Notes: generated by a model from the letters alone, not told the origin. 64,000 bases of DNA from Chiloscyllium plagiosum (GCF_004010195.1 NC_057717.1:103387025-103451024); one strand, 5' to 3'; shown: positions 26,991 to 40,270, counted from the stretch's first letter. Program-made: numbers and translations.

Positions 26991-27184
26991 TACTGATTGA
27001 AATGTCAGGCCCAATTTTAACTCAGTGGGAGTGTGTTGGTTCCGTACAGGTTAACATTCACCTGTGGTGTCAAGCATCGGTGCGGGATGTTGGGGTCAGA
27101 ACATTTACGGGGTTGGGGGTGGGGGAGTGGAGAGGGGAGGTACAACTGTGTGCATGGGATTTTGAATCCTTGTGAATTTAGATT

Positions 27185-27350
27185 GTGTGATGTGAGTGCG
27201 TGTGTGTGTGAGTGTGTGTGTGTGTGTGAGTATGTGTATGTGAGTGTGTGTGTCTGTGAGTGTGTGTATGTGAGTGTATCTGTGTGTGTTTGTGAGTGTG
27301 TGTATCTGTGCGTGTGTATGTGAGTGTATCTGTGTGTGTGTGTGTCTGTG
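27185..27350. repeat. Compound (TG)n microsatellite
   Basis: Direct reading. Confidence 0.95.
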
Positions 27351-28457
27351 CCATCGAATCAGGATGATATTATTCTCTGGAGTGTTTCAGGCCAAGCAAT
27401 CTATTAAACAAGCCATCGTAAATAATACATGTTATATTAGATGTCATAGCTAGGCAGACCTGCGCTGGGGAAAGGACTGTGTTTGCTGTATTTCAGTAAT
27501 GAATTCCTGACAAGTGGATTTTGTCAGTAAGTGAATAAGCAGGACGTATTCTTTGTCAGGAACGGACAGTAATTAAACAGGTCGACAAAGCTAGTTGGCA
27601 GGCTGCAGCAACGTGCAAAGCAGCATTTGTACATGATAATAACTACTGTCACGGACTCTTGAGATTTTGATAGTCCTGTCAGATATGTTTGCACAATGCA
27701 GGCAGAATGAAATTCAACTCCCTTTGGTGCTACACCAGCTAAGAGACAGAGAGGTCTGAAGTGGCAGGTGGAAGCTGAGCCTGTCCAAACAATCTGTATA
27801 GAATTCAAACATCACAACAATGACAGAAATTTAAAGGAAAAAGAGCTGGTCCTTTTGTGGAAAACTGATTCTGAACAGTTCTTTTTAATATCTGGGCTTG
27901 ATCTGCTTGGCAAGATGCACAAGACTTTTGTTTTCCTGTTAGTTAGTGCCATAAGGTAGCTCTCTGTTGACTGGCACCAGTACATCCACTATTTCAAGGT
28001 ACCAGTGTCTTCTCAGCTTCTCACTCAAAGACAGGGAAAGCAATTAAGGAAAAATCATTATTTGTAGATTAGTGATACAGGCTGCACTCTTCATTAAGTA
28101 CAGAGAGAAAGACACAGCAAGGAGCACTCCGCAACCATTGCCAGCGATAATAATATCAACTTGTGGTGTACGACTGCTGGCACAGACCAGCTGGGCCGAA
28201 TAGCCTGGACTATGTTGAAAATTTCAATGGGCTTCAAGAGAATTTGTTTGTTTTTTTGCTTTGTGTACTTTCTCCACTTTACTCATTGCAAAGATATTGC
28301 GATATTCTTGTTTGACCGACAGTTCATAGACATCCAAGTCAGAACTCACATAACAACAACTTGTAGTCCTACAGGTTTAGTTGAAATCACTAGCTTTCTG
28401 AGCGCTGCTCCTTGGTTAGCTGAAGTCAGCCTTCACCTGAACAAACTTTAAATACAA

Positions 28458-28970
28458 TCATAGAGATGTACAGCACAGAAACAGACCCTTCGGTCCAACT
28501 CGTCCATGCCAACCAGATATCCCAATCTAATCTAGTCCCATTTGCCAGCACTTGGCCCATATCCCTCCAAACCCTTCCTATTCATGTACCCACCCAGATG
28601 CCTTTTAAATGTTGTAATTGTACCAGCCTCCACCACTTCCTCTGGCAGCTCATTCCATACACACACCATCTCCAATTGAAAAAGTTGCCTCTCGGGCCCC
28701 TTTTCAAACTCTCCCCTCTCATCCTAAATCTCTGCTTCTAGTTCTGGACTCCCCCACCCTGGGGAAAAGACCTTGACTATTCATCCTATCCATGCCCCTC
28801 ATGATTTTGTAAACCTCTATAAGGTCACCCCTCAGCCTCTGACGCTCCAGGGAAAATAGCCCCAGTCTATTCAGCATCTCCCTGTAGCTCCAAGCCTGGC
28901 AACATCCTTATAAATCTTCTCTGAACTCTTTCAAGTTCCACAACATGCTTCCTACAGCAGGGAGACCAAA
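28458..28970 (-). mobile_element. CR1 LINE 3' fragment
   Basis: Reverse complement of the CR1 tail and RT C-terminus. Confidence 0.9.
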
Positions 28971-29146
28971 CAGGAACATTACATAAGCTGGCGGTCAAAG
29001 CATATCTGCAATGTCAATCATACTGGACAGCTCGCCTCTGATACTCACACTAATAAATAATAAAAAAAAACAGTGAAAACTGTGGACGCTGGAAATCAGA
29101 AACAAAAACAGAAATTGCTGGAAAACTCAGCAGGAGAGAAATCAGA

Positions 29147-29182
29147 GTTAATGTTTCGGGATGAGTGACCCTTCCTCAGAAC
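29147..29182 (-). ncRNA. Minimal hammerhead-like motif in PLE family B repeat (about 29075-29185)
   Basis: Minus strand: gtt CTGAGGA a ggg tcactcat ccc GAAA c att aac; stem I gtt/aac. Confidence 0.55.
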
Positions 29183-29352
29183 CGGTACTTAAGAATTCTG
29201 CTTTGATGCCCCCACAGCATTTTCTTTTGTACAGGCAAGCTGCACTCTGGATGCCCTGTGTGTGATCACCTAGCTCCCAATTGCTGTTGTAGCAAACTGA
29301 TGGGCTCCCTGATAAATAAACTGCCTTCTATCTGACTCACTCTCCATCAATG

Positions 29353-29440
29353 AGAAGGGCTCATGCCCGAAACATCGATTCTCCTGCTCCTTGGACGCTG
29401 CCTGAGCTGCTGCGCTTTTCCAGCAACACATTTTCAGCTC
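29353..29440 (+). mobile_element. PLE family A terminal-repeat insert
   Basis: 15-bp TSD cactctccatcaatg at 29338-29352 and 29441-29455; 5'-truncated inside the CUGA box. Confidence 0.85.
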
Positions 29441-29779
29441 CACTCTCCATCAATGCCCTCCTTACTGATGGATCCATGCGGCAGCATTGAGATCGGAGAT
29501 TAGCGAGAGTCCTAATACTCTGAAATAATTTTCTGAATGGGTGCACGGGAATGACCGTACCACTGAAGAGTTTGCATTTATGTAGTGCATTGCTGTTTCT
29601 CTCAAGACTGCCTCAGTGCTTAAGAAGCAATTCCTGTTGGCACTGATCCCAAAACGTTTCAGTTTTCCTTCGGTAAGGGAACAGTCAGAGAATTTTCAAA
29701 TGGAGTTGAAGCCAGACAAATAGGGAAGGGTGAACAAACCAAGGGGAAATACAGAATAAATAGTAGGGTGCCGGGAAGT

Positions 29780-30710
29780 GTGAAGGAACGAAGAGAACAA
29801 GGGGGGGAAGAGAGAAGGGAGAAAGATAGGGGATAAGGAGGTAGGGTGAGGGGAGGTGAGGGGAGGAGAATAGGGTGGGAAGAGGGGATGGAANNNNNNN
29901 NNNNNNNNNNNNNNNNNNNNNNNNNNNNNNNNNNNNNNNNNNNNNNNNNNNNNNNNNNNNNNNNNNNNNNNNNNNNNNNNNNNNNNNNNNNNNNNNNNNN
30001 NNNNNNNNNNNNNNNNNNNNNNNNNNNNNNNNNNNNNNNNNNNNNNNNNNNNNNNNNNNNNNNNNNNNNNNNNNNNNNNNNNNNNNNNNNNNNNNNNNNN
30101 NNNNNNNNNNNNNNNNNNNNNNNNNNNNNNNNNNNNNNNNNNNNNNNNNNNNNNNNNNNNNNNNNNNNNNNNNNNNNNNNNNNNNNNNNNNNNNNNNNNN
30201 NNNNNNNNNNNNNNNNNNNNNNNNNNNNNNNNNNNNNNNNNNNNNNNNNNNNNNNNNNNNNNNNNNNNNNNNNNNNNNNNNNNNNNNNNNNNNNNNNNNN
30301 NNNNNNNNNNNNNNNNNNNNNNNNNNNNNNNNNNNNNNNNNNNNNNNNNNNNNNNNNNNNNNNNNNNNNNNNNNNNNNNNNNNNNNNNNNNNNNNNNNNN
30401 NNNNNNNNNNNNNNNNNNNNNNNNNNNNNNNNNNNNNNNNNNNNNNNNNNNNNNNNNNNNNNNNNNNNNNNNNNNNNNNNNNNNNNNNNNNNNNNNNNNN
30501 NNNNNNNNNNNNNNNNNNNNNNNNNNNNNNNNNNNNNNNNNNNNNNNNNNNNNNNNNNNNNNNNNNNNNNNNNNNNNNNNNNNNNNNNNNNNNNNNAGGA
30601 GGAAACGTATGGGGGGAGGGTAGGGTAGGAGGAGGAGACGAATGGGGAGGAGGGGAGGGTAGGAGGAGAAGGAGGCGAATGGGGGAAGGAAGTGAGGGGA
30701 GGAGGAGGTG
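29780..30710. repeat. Purine-rich (GGA/GGGA) low-complexity tract around the gap at 29894-30596
   Basis: Direct reading; N run. Confidence 0.85.
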
Positions 30711-30937
30711 GGTTTGTGGTATCGTTGGACTAGTAAACTCAGGCAGAGGTTAGTGCTCTGAGGGCGTGAGTTTAGAAATATATCTGGAATTAAAAGCTAG
30801 TCATTAGTGATGGTGACTGTGATAACCATCTGCTATTGCTGTTAAAAATCCATCTGCCTCACTGACTCCCTTTAGGGAAAGAAATCTGCCATCCTTACCC
30901 GGTCTGACCTACATGTGACTCCATAGTCATGTGGTTG

Positions 30938-31172
30938 ATTGGATTAGATTAGATTCGCTACAGTGTGGAAACAGGCCTTTCGACCCAGCAAATCCACTCC
31001 GACCCTCCAAAGAGCAACCCACCCAGACCCATTCCCCTACATTTACCCCTTCACCTAACACTACGGGCAATTTAGCATGGCCAATTCACCTGACCTGCAC
31101 ATCTTTGGATTGTGGGAGGAAACCGGGGCACCTGGAGGAAACCCACGCAGACATGGGGGAGAATATGCAAAC
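30938..31172 (-). mobile_element. HE1-type V-SINE (partial), nested in a family 2 SINE (30715-31260)
   Basis: (attag)n tail and V-domain interrupt gtggttga|ctctta of the host. Confidence 0.8.
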
Positions 31173-32470
31173 CTCTTATAATTGCCCTCAGAAATGACCC
31201 TAGCAGCCTCTACGGTTCAATGAGGGATGGGTTGCCAATGGGGCTTACATCCCATGAAAGAATTAAATGGAAATCTTGGAAGGCACATCCACAGTTCCCT
31301 GAAGATGGTCAAAAGGGTTAGCTACCTTTGTTGGCTGTGGCCTAGAATATAGGACAGCGAGTTTATGGTTGAAATTTTATAAAGCACCAAGTGGGACTAG
31401 AAAACTGTGCACTGTTCTGGTCAGTGCATTACAGGAAGGTTATGATCCCAAAAGGGAAGATCATCAAAACTTGCTAATCACATATCAGAGTCTAACTCAC
31501 CGTATAAAGCTCAAAATGGAGTTTCAGTACATTGAATTCCGAGTGTGCTTGTGTCCTTTTTACTAGTCTTTCCTCTGGGATTATACAAGAAAGGGTTCCA
31601 AGGAGATTTACGAGATATTGCCAGGAGTAGAGAATTTCAGTTATGAGGAACAATTGGATAAATTAGACTGATTCAGTTTGAAACACAGGAGATTGAAGAT
31701 AGATTTAATTGAAGTATATAAATTATGATGCCTCGAGTAGAGTTAATATGAAAGATGCGTTTCTCTTAGCAGAGAGGTTAATAACCACAGGGCAGAGATT
31801 TAAAGTAATTGATAGAATTGTGAGGTATGTGGCGAGTCCATACAACCCAATTCTGTGATTGAATATAGTGTCAGTTGCTGCCTACGCTTGTGAGTGTGGA
31901 ATGGCCAAGTGGGTGATTGGTAGCAGAGGCATTACTGCCTGAATTTCAACAAGACTTCAGAAGATGAGAAAGGTCAGAAAGAGAAGGGAGGGGAGGGATC
32001 CTGAACACATTTACAATGGCTTCTGCGACAGCATACAGATGGATGCTGCACACAATTTGTGATGTAAATAAACCGTGCCTGACTAAGCCAAGTGTTGAGG
32101 CACAACTGTTTTACCCCAAGCCATCCATTGTTCACCAATGATCGAAAACACGACACATTTCAGGTTTTAAATTGCCCCTTAATTGGAAAGTTGAAAAAAC
32201 ACAGCCACATTCTGCTAGACTTGCATGGCCGCACTTGGGAACTGTGGAAATCTCATTCCAGCTGTTAGGAGTGGGAGTGTTTGTTTCACAATCATGACTC
32301 AATTCACAAGCGAGAACCTTTATTGCTAGCTAGGAGAAGTGTTAAAGAGAGACAGAATCCCACTGGTTTGAGACATACTGTAGCGTGAAGCACTTTTCTC
32401 CATTTCCGAAGGATAAGAGGTATGAGATCAAGACTTCACTTGAAGATCTTAGTTTGATATCTGAGGTGAG

Positions 32471-32865
32471 CCAAACCCAATCCTATCTCTAAATCTAACC
32501 CTAACCATCTAACTCTAATCTTTATCTAACCCTTACCTTCACCCTAACCCTGATCCAAACCCTAACCTTATTCCTAACGCTAACCCGGACCCTAACCCTA
32601 ACCGTAACTCTAACCTTAATTTTAACCCTAACTCTAACCTTCGCCCTAACCCTAACACTAACCTTAAACCTAACCTAACTCTAATCTTTATCTTAACCTG
32701 AACCCTAACTCTAACCTTAAACCTAACCCTAACGTCAATATTAACCTGAACCTAAACTTAACTCTAACGTTAATCTTAACCCTAACTCTAACCTTAACCT
32801 TAACCTAAACCTAACCATAAACCTCACCCTAACCTTAGCCTTAATCCTAAGCCTAACCCTAACCC
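32471..32865. repeat. Degenerate interstitial telomere-like (CCCTAA)n tract
   Basis: ccctaa, ctctaa and ccttaa hexamers over about 395 bp. Confidence 0.85.
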
Positions 32866-33464
32866 AGGACAGTGCAACACTCCCTCTTTTCTGGCATTGG
32901 GATTGGCAACCAGGATTTTGTGATCCAGTACTTGGAGGAAGAGATTTGAACTCACGACACTCTGAAGTAATCTACTGAGCCATGGTTTTCCAGGGTAACC
33001 AGGTAGAATATAGGGCTTCAAGGATAAAAAAGATGAGCTTTAGCAGTGACGAGCTGTGTGTAAACTATCCCGTGAACATTATTTGCAAGCACTGGGGCTG
33101 GCAATTGGATTGGAGCAGCTTGACTTGAGAAGGAGTGATCTCAACTTTCAACTCTCCAATGAAGAGCTGAACCCCAGTTCCTTCAATCCAACTATATAAG
33201 TGAAGGCCCTGATCCCCGGAACCAGACCCTTGAACTTTTCCTGCATTCTCTCTGCATTATTTTAAAAAAATGATGCCAAAAGTTGGACACTATTCTCCAG
33301 TTTCAGCCAAACCACTGTTTTATTATGGTTCATCAGAACATTCTTACTTTTGTACTGTATGCCTCTATTTGTAGTACTCAGAAACCCAAAAGCCATCAGT
33401 CTCATAGCTTGCCCTACCATTTCCAATGATTACTATACATACTTGTTTTCATTTATTGTCTCCT

Positions 33465-34305
33465 GTCCACCATCTACAAGGCACAAATCAAAAGGGTGAG
33501 GAATACTCCCCACTTGCTTGGAAGGATGCAGCTCCAATAACACTCAACAAGTCTGTCATCATCTAGGACAAAGCAGCCCACTTGATTGTCACCACTTGCA
33601 CAAGCATCCACTCCCTCCACCATCAATACTCCGTAGCAGCGGTGTGTACTATCTACAAGCTGCACTGCAGTAATTCACCAAGTTTCCTTAGACAGCACCT
33701 CCCAATGATTTCCATCTAGAAGGACATGGGCAGCAGATACATAGGAACATCACCCCCAGCAAGTTCCCCTCCAAGCCATTCACCATCCCGACTTGGAAAT
33801 ATTAGATTACCTACTCTATGGAAATAGGCCCTTCAGCCCAACAAGTCCACACCGACCCTCCGAAGAGTAACCCACCAGACCCATTCCCCATATATTCCCC
33901 TGACTAATGCATCCAACTCCACCGCCGCTCCCTCACCACCAATTCATCTGCCCTGCAAATCTTTGGACTGTGGGAGGACCAGAGCACCCGGAGGAAACAC
34001 GCACAGACACAGGGAGAATATGCAAACTCCACACAGACAGTCGCCCGAGGCTGGAATCGAACCCGGGTCCCTGGTGCTGTGAGGCAGCAGTGCTAACCAC
34101 TGAGCCACCGTGCCGCCCCGGTCATTCCTTCAGTGTCGCTGGGTCAAAATCCTGGAACTGCCTCCCTTAGGGCATTGTGGGTCAACCCACAGCAGGTGGA
34201 CTGCAGCGGTTCAAGAAGGCAGCTCACCCCCACCTTCTCAAGGGGCAACTAGAGGCGGGCAATAAATGCTGTAGCGATACCCATATCCCCAACAGAAATA
34301 AACAG
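33465..34305 (+). mobile_element. CR1/L2-group LINE (family Y) 3' fragment with a V-SINE (33803-34119, minus) inserted
   Basis: TIYKAQ...AAP.TLNK; tail gggcaataaatgct. Confidence 0.8.
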
Positions 34306-34353
34306 AAAGTCACAACTACTTCAAGCTAGCAAAACTTTCACCAGAAAACAAGT

Positions 34354-34442
34354 TACCTGATGAAGGAGCCGTGTTTCAAAAGATAGTGCTTCCAAACAAA
34401 TTTGTTGGACTCTGACCTGTTGTTGTGCGATTTTTAACTTTG
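34354..34442 (+). mobile_element. PLE family C terminal repeat
   Basis: acctgatgaaggagccgtgtttcaaaagatagtg...gatttttaact. Confidence 0.7.
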
Positions 34443-35569
34443 ACCAGAAAACAAGAACAAATGAATGCCATGGAATATCCTGCTTACCCCAGGAACACGT
34501 TTCTTTTCAGTGAAATAATTTTCTCTTTTAAATCTTTTAGAACAGATTGGCCATGGGTAATATTATGGCAATCAATTATACATGGTATGCAAATGCTGAC
34601 ATGCAAGATTTCTGTACACAGAAAAAATTTCTGTTGTATGGATAAATAATGGATTGAGTTTGGAAGCCGTTCATCCAGGTGCATGCGGAAAAGTGCCAAG
34701 GGATCAACACTTGGTGCGACATTGGAACTCTGATCTTCGGAAGTCACAGGACAACTACATTGGTAAGTGATACAAATTGCAAACTGGGCATTGGGATAGC
34801 TGTTTGGAACCCTCCATTTGAGCTACAGTTGAGCAATTTTCACCGTGGCTTCCAGTAGAGTGTTCCCTGCCCTTCAAGTATTCTTTTCTCATTCTCAAAT
34901 CTTTTCTTCGCATTCTTTCTTGTCCTTGTAACCTCCCCAGTGACTAATAGCCCTCCAGGATTTCTCTGTTTCTCCTATTCTGGCCTCATGTGCATCCTTC
35001 ATTTGTGTTGCTTCAGCCACAGTAACTGTATCCTCCGGGCCCTAACCTCTGGGGAATTTCCTCCTAAATCCTCTCCACCATGTTTCCTCCATTGAGATGC
35101 TCCTCAAAACCTACGTCCCGGAGCAAGCTTTGGCCAGCTGTACCATCAACAGCCATTTGTCCTTTGTCCATGTTCACGTGTGATATTAGATAGTTAAGGT
35201 TAAGGATAAACAGATGGAGGGCATTAACTAAGTACCTTGTGCACATGTAAAGCAGGACTGCTGGAGCGCATCATCACACCCCAAATCCAGACAATTTTAA
35301 ATTTCTACCAAAGGTTCAGGTTTTGTTACACGTCTCCATTAAAGGGGGCCATTAAATTAGTTAAGTTGGTTGATTACTCACTTGTTTCACAAAAGAATAT
35401 GGAAAGCGACTGCTCATTTCATAATCAATGACCCTGAAGAGGTACATAATCACCATCTGGAAATTATGATTTAAGTGTGATGCATTTCTCTTATATGTTT
35501 CTATTAACGTTTTGATTTTTGTTATATTTCCCTACCAAGACCTATCTAAGCCATAACTGACTCATCGAA

Positions 35570-35900
35570 TTGGTCCACCCAGTTCGTGTCGAACATAATT
35601 CCAAGCTAAACCAGTCCCACCTGCCTGCTCCTGGTCCATATCCCTCCAAGTCTTTCCTATTCATGAACTTATCCAAATGTCTATTAAATGTCCTAACTAT
35701 ACTAACATCCACCACTTCCTCAGGAAGTTCATTCCACACACAAACCGCTCTCTGTGTAAAGAAGTTGCCCCTCATGTTTTTTTTTTAAAATGTGCCCCCT
35801 AGTCTTGAAATCCCCCACCCGAGGGAAAAGACACCTGCCATTCATCTTATCTATACCTCTCATGATTTTATAAACTTCTATAACCTCAACCTCCTCCATC
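35570..35900 (-). mobile_element. CR1 LINE 3' fragment
   Basis: MRGNFFTQRAVCVWNELPEEVV. Confidence 0.88.
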
Positions 35901-36618
35901 AAAATCCCAGTAATTTTAAGGAGGTTCTGTCAAGTCATTAGGGCATGTAGTAAATTCTGAGGCTTGTCTCTCAGTGTTAGATCAAGAGAACAGCAGTTTG
36001 GAGAGTTGGGAATCTTCAAACAGAGAAGCAGAACCTGATAGTTTCTCTTGGGAGGGCTGGCCTGGTTCCAATTTAACTTTCAGTGAAAATCACATCAAAC
36101 GTAATGGGGTTTTCAAAGTCTTGATGTGTTATAATAACTGACCCCTTTAAAAGAAAACATTTATATACTCGCGAGCAATGTATCTACTACAATATCTGCC
36201 CCAACTCTCTGAAAATAATGAGACATGGAAATAAATGTACTTTATGTGCATTATTGCAAACTACAAGTTAAAGAAATGGCAATGCCATTATATTTCCATT
36301 GTTTCCCAATAATGGCCCTTCCATTCTTTAGAGATTGAGAATCTGATTTGTTATTGTTTAAAAAAGTCTAAACAAAGACTCTCATTTTTATCATGTCTTT
36401 CGCATTTCACTCCACACGATATCAAGAAATGGTTGGAGACACTGGATACTGCAAAACCTATGGGCGCTGACAACATTCTGCCAATACTGAAAGACTTATC
36501 CTCTAGAACTCGCCACTCCCCTCGCCAAGTTGTTCCAGCACAGTAACAACACTGGCACCTACCCAACAATATGGAAAACTGCAGCGCAGCAGGTCAGACA
36601 GCATCCAGGGAATAGGAG

Positions 36619-36654
36619 AATCGACGTTTCGGGCATAAGCCCTTCTTCAGGATT
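36619..36654 (-). ncRNA. Intact-looking minimal type-I hammerhead motif (PLE family A)
   Basis: Minus strand: aatc CTGAAGA a gggc ttat gccc GAAA c GTC gatt; 4-bp stem I and 4-bp stem II. Confidence 0.7.
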
Positions 36655-37604
36655 TCTCCTCGATGATTTAGAAGGACAAGGGCAGCAAATACATGGGAAT
36701 ACCACTCCCCTGCAAGCTCCTCTTCAAGCCACTCACGATCCCGACTTGGAAATATATCACCATCCTTCAATGTCGCTGGGTCAAAATCCTGGAATTCCCT
36801 CCCTAACGTCATTGTGGGTCAACACCCAGCAGGTGGACTGCAGAAGCTCAAGAAGGCAGCTCACCCCCACCTTCTCAAGGGGCAACTAGGGGTGGGTAAT
36901 AAATGCTGGGCCCAGCCAGCCCACATCCCATGAACGAATAACAAAATGATCTGAGACTCTGAGACTATCATGGTGAGAAAAAATATAATGGACACATTTC
37001 CAAGAAATGGTCTGTATAGAAACATTTTAGTTGCAAACTGGAAATAAGGCCTAGTGACTGATTGTTAAGAATCGTCTTATCAGGTAATGATGAATTTGCT
37101 TTGCAGTTGCTGTGAGAACAGGGTGGGTTGGAGGCAGGAGGTTAATTGATTTCATCTCCTGGAATTGGTCCAGTCCAAGTTGGCAACTGTAATTACCTTA
37201 AAACAGGCTTAGCATCTGTCTTGTCTTTATGAAAGCAAGAGGGGGGGTCGCTGTCCTTGAAAAAGGAGTGTTCAACTCGTCTGACCAGCTGAGGACCTGG
37301 CATTTGAGTGGGAGTCACTATACTGAGCAAGGTGATGTGCCCAAGCCCCCCCCTATGCAGTGTATGTGCTTCATGTTCACCTTGACTGTACTAGGTCTTT
37401 TATGACGTGTCTGGAAAATGGCTGCTTTCAATACGTGTGCCTCATGATGTAGCAAACCAGGAAGGACATTTGCACACAACTGTGTTTCGGCCCAAACATC
37501 CCCATTTTCACAATGAGCAAGAGTAGATAAATTTGTATCCATTACTTGTGAGATATGCAATAAATTGAAACAAAGAGCTGGGGATGTCGGAGATCTGAAA
37601 GAAA

Positions 37605-37795
37605 ACCAGAACGTGCTGGAGAAATGCAGCAGGTCTGGCAGGGCCTGTGGAGAGAAAACAGTTAACGTTTCAAGACCAGTGACTCTTTGTCAGAAACAAG
37701 TTCTGAAGATGACTCACTCAACTCGAAACGCTAACTCTGTTTCTCTCTCCACAGTTGCCAGACCTGCCTGAGTTTCTCCAGCAATTTCTATTTAT
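37605..37795. mobile_element. PLE family B fold-back insert, with a further + copy at 38005-38110
   Basis: Inverted arms gttaacgtttc..gactct..tcagaa / gttctgaaga..gaaacgctaac. Confidence 0.75.
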
Positions 37796-38904
37796 GTTTG
37801 GCACATGACTTCTCATGCAGTGTCGGTATTCTCAGTAGTTTTTTTTTCATATACATTACATAAGAAGAGCATTTGTCTGTGCCTATATTTCATCCTGAGC
37901 CTCAGGAACACTCACCATTGGAGTCCAGCCCAGTTAGGAATCCTGAACCACCAAACAGAGGAGATTTTGTTGTCCCACATCAGCCAACAAACTCCATTTT
38001 CTTGGTTTTGAGAAAGGGTCACTGGACCTGAAACGTTACCTCTGATTTCTCTCTCCACAGATGACGCCAGACCTGTTGAGCTTTTCCAGCAATTTCTGGT
38101 TTTGTTTATGATTGTCAGGTCTTCTGGTTTCTGCTTTCTTGGGCATGTGAAAATTTCCCTCTCTTCATCTGTACAGCTCATTCTCCTCACAGTTAAAGAA
38201 TGGGATTTCCTTGTGGAAAAAAGAACAGGCTTTCTCCTTCCTCACAAGGTAGCCCCAATATTTAAAAAAAAGGAATATTCCTCTAGGTTTTGTACCTTTG
38301 CGTTCCAGCGCAATGAATAATTTAGATAATACCAGCACTGAGCAGCAATGGACCTCTCCCTTGAACAGTAAGTACAAAAATTGCATTTTCTCTTCATATC
38401 TCTTTCTGTCTGTGAGATGTGTGATGTTATTTTCATTAATTTGCACTTTCTGCTTCTTTCGGTCCATTTCCCAGCTCTCGAAGGAACTCAGCATTGATTC
38501 CAATTCAGTGAAAAAAATAAAGCAGAGACCCAATTTATTTTTATATTCAACAGCTTGTCAAATTTGCTTACTATTTAATAGTTTGGCATAGCATAATTAT
38601 ATAAACACACGGGACAGAAGACAACACTGATAATGCAAATAAATAGACAAAAGATAATGAGACATAATATGCCAGTTGAAGGAGCTAAAATGTACTCAAA
38701 ATAGTCCCTTCATTGTGCCAAGACCTACACTCATAATGCAGTCCAAGGTTAAAAATCAAAAGACACCAGGTTATAGTGCGACAGGTTTATTTAAAATAAT
38801 GCAGTCAAAGGCATTTAAGATGAGTGTAAAACTGTATGATGTGGGAGCAGAGTTAGAACATTCAGCCCACTGAGTCTGCTTGCTGTTCAAAGAGATCATG
38901 GAAT

Positions 38905-40040
38905 CGTAGATTTCCCACAGTGCAGATAGGGATCATTCAGCCCATCAATCCTGCACCAACCCTCCAAAAAGTATCCCACCCAGACCCAGACCCCTATTCT
39001 ATCCCTGTAACCCTGCATTACCCATGGCTCACCCACCTAGCCTGGACGTTACAGGGCAACTTGGTATAGCTAACCAACCGAGCCTGGACACTACAGGATA
39101 ACTTAGCATGGCTAATACACCTAGCTTGGACACTATAGGATAATTTAGCATGGCTAACCCACCTAGCCTGGACACTACAGGGCAATTTAGCATGGCTAGC
39201 CCACCTAGCCTGGACACTATTGGATAATTTAGCATGGCTAACCCACCTAGCCTGGACACTGCAGGGCAATTTAGCATGGCTAACCCATCTAGCCTGGACA
39301 CTACAGTGCAATTTAGCATGGCTAGCCCACCTAGCCTGGACACTACAGGATAGTTTAGCATGGCTAGCCCACCTAGCCTGGACACTACAGGGCAATTTAG
39401 CATGGCTAGCCCACCTAGCCAGGACACTACAGGATATTTTAGCATGGCTAGCCCACCTAGCCTGGACACCACAGGGCAATTTAGCATGGCTAGCCCACCT
39501 AGCCTGGACACTACAGGATAATTTAATAAAGCTAACCCACCTAGCCTGGACACTACAGGATAATTTAGTAAAGCTAACCCACCTAGCCTGGACACTACAG
39601 GGCAATTTAGCATGGCTAGCCCACCTAGCCTGGACACTACAGGGCAATTTAGCATGGCTAACCCACCTAGCCTGGACACTACAGGATAATTTGGTAAAGC
39701 TAACCCACCTAGCCTGGACACTACAGGATAATTTAGTAAAGCTAACCCACCTAGCCTGGACACTACAGGGCAATTTAGCATGGCTAACTCACCTAGCCTG
39801 GACGCTACAGGATAATTTAGTAAAGCTAACCCACCTAGCCTGGACACTACAGGATAATTTAGCATGGCTAGCTCACCTAGCCTGGACACGACAGTCTTTG
39901 GACTGTAGGGGGAAACCAGAGCACCTGGAGAAAACCCACGCAGACACTGGGAGAACATACAAACCCCACACAGATAATCACCCAATTGAACCTGGGTCCC
40001 TGGCGCTGTGAGGCAGCAGTGCTAACCACTGCCCCACTGT
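38905..40040 (-). mobile_element. V-SINE with an internal 42-bp tandem expansion
   Basis: SINE head at 39990-40040, V-domain at 39893-39975, tail at 38905-39020. Confidence 0.9.
39020..39890. repeat. 42-bp minisatellite, about 20 copies, inside the SINE
   Basis: Unit gggcaatttagcatggctaacccacctagcctggacactaca. Confidence 0.97.
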
Positions 40041-40044
40041 GATC

Positions 40045-40270
40045 TGATAATCAATGACTTTGGTGCCAACATGCACAATGACAATAGGATCCTTCCCCTC
40101 CACTCAAATTTCCTTTCCAACCCTGAGAAGATGCCCTCAAACTCGGCACTAGGGGGACAATTAACCTGTGGGATTCCCACTCATGACTGAAGAGAACAGT
40201 ATCGATATTGTCGCCCAATCTACTGTCCGCTATCACTATAGCGGTCCTGTTTTTCAACCCCATTTGAATG
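40045..40270 (-). mobile_element. CR1 ORF1 (SGNH esterase-like) remnant
   Basis: AIVIADS...ID..L.S.E.ESHRL resembles the VIGDS motif region. Confidence 0.5.

Noticed and set aside
29846..30753. Long ORFs in the track (also 10326-10952)
   Set aside because: Made mostly of N gap
38165..38533. 122-aa minus ORF with a charged stretch
   Set aside because: No recognisable homology or convincing splice sites
39018..40011. 251-318-aa ORFs
   Set aside because: Translation of the 42-bp SINE-internal repeat; not called as a gene
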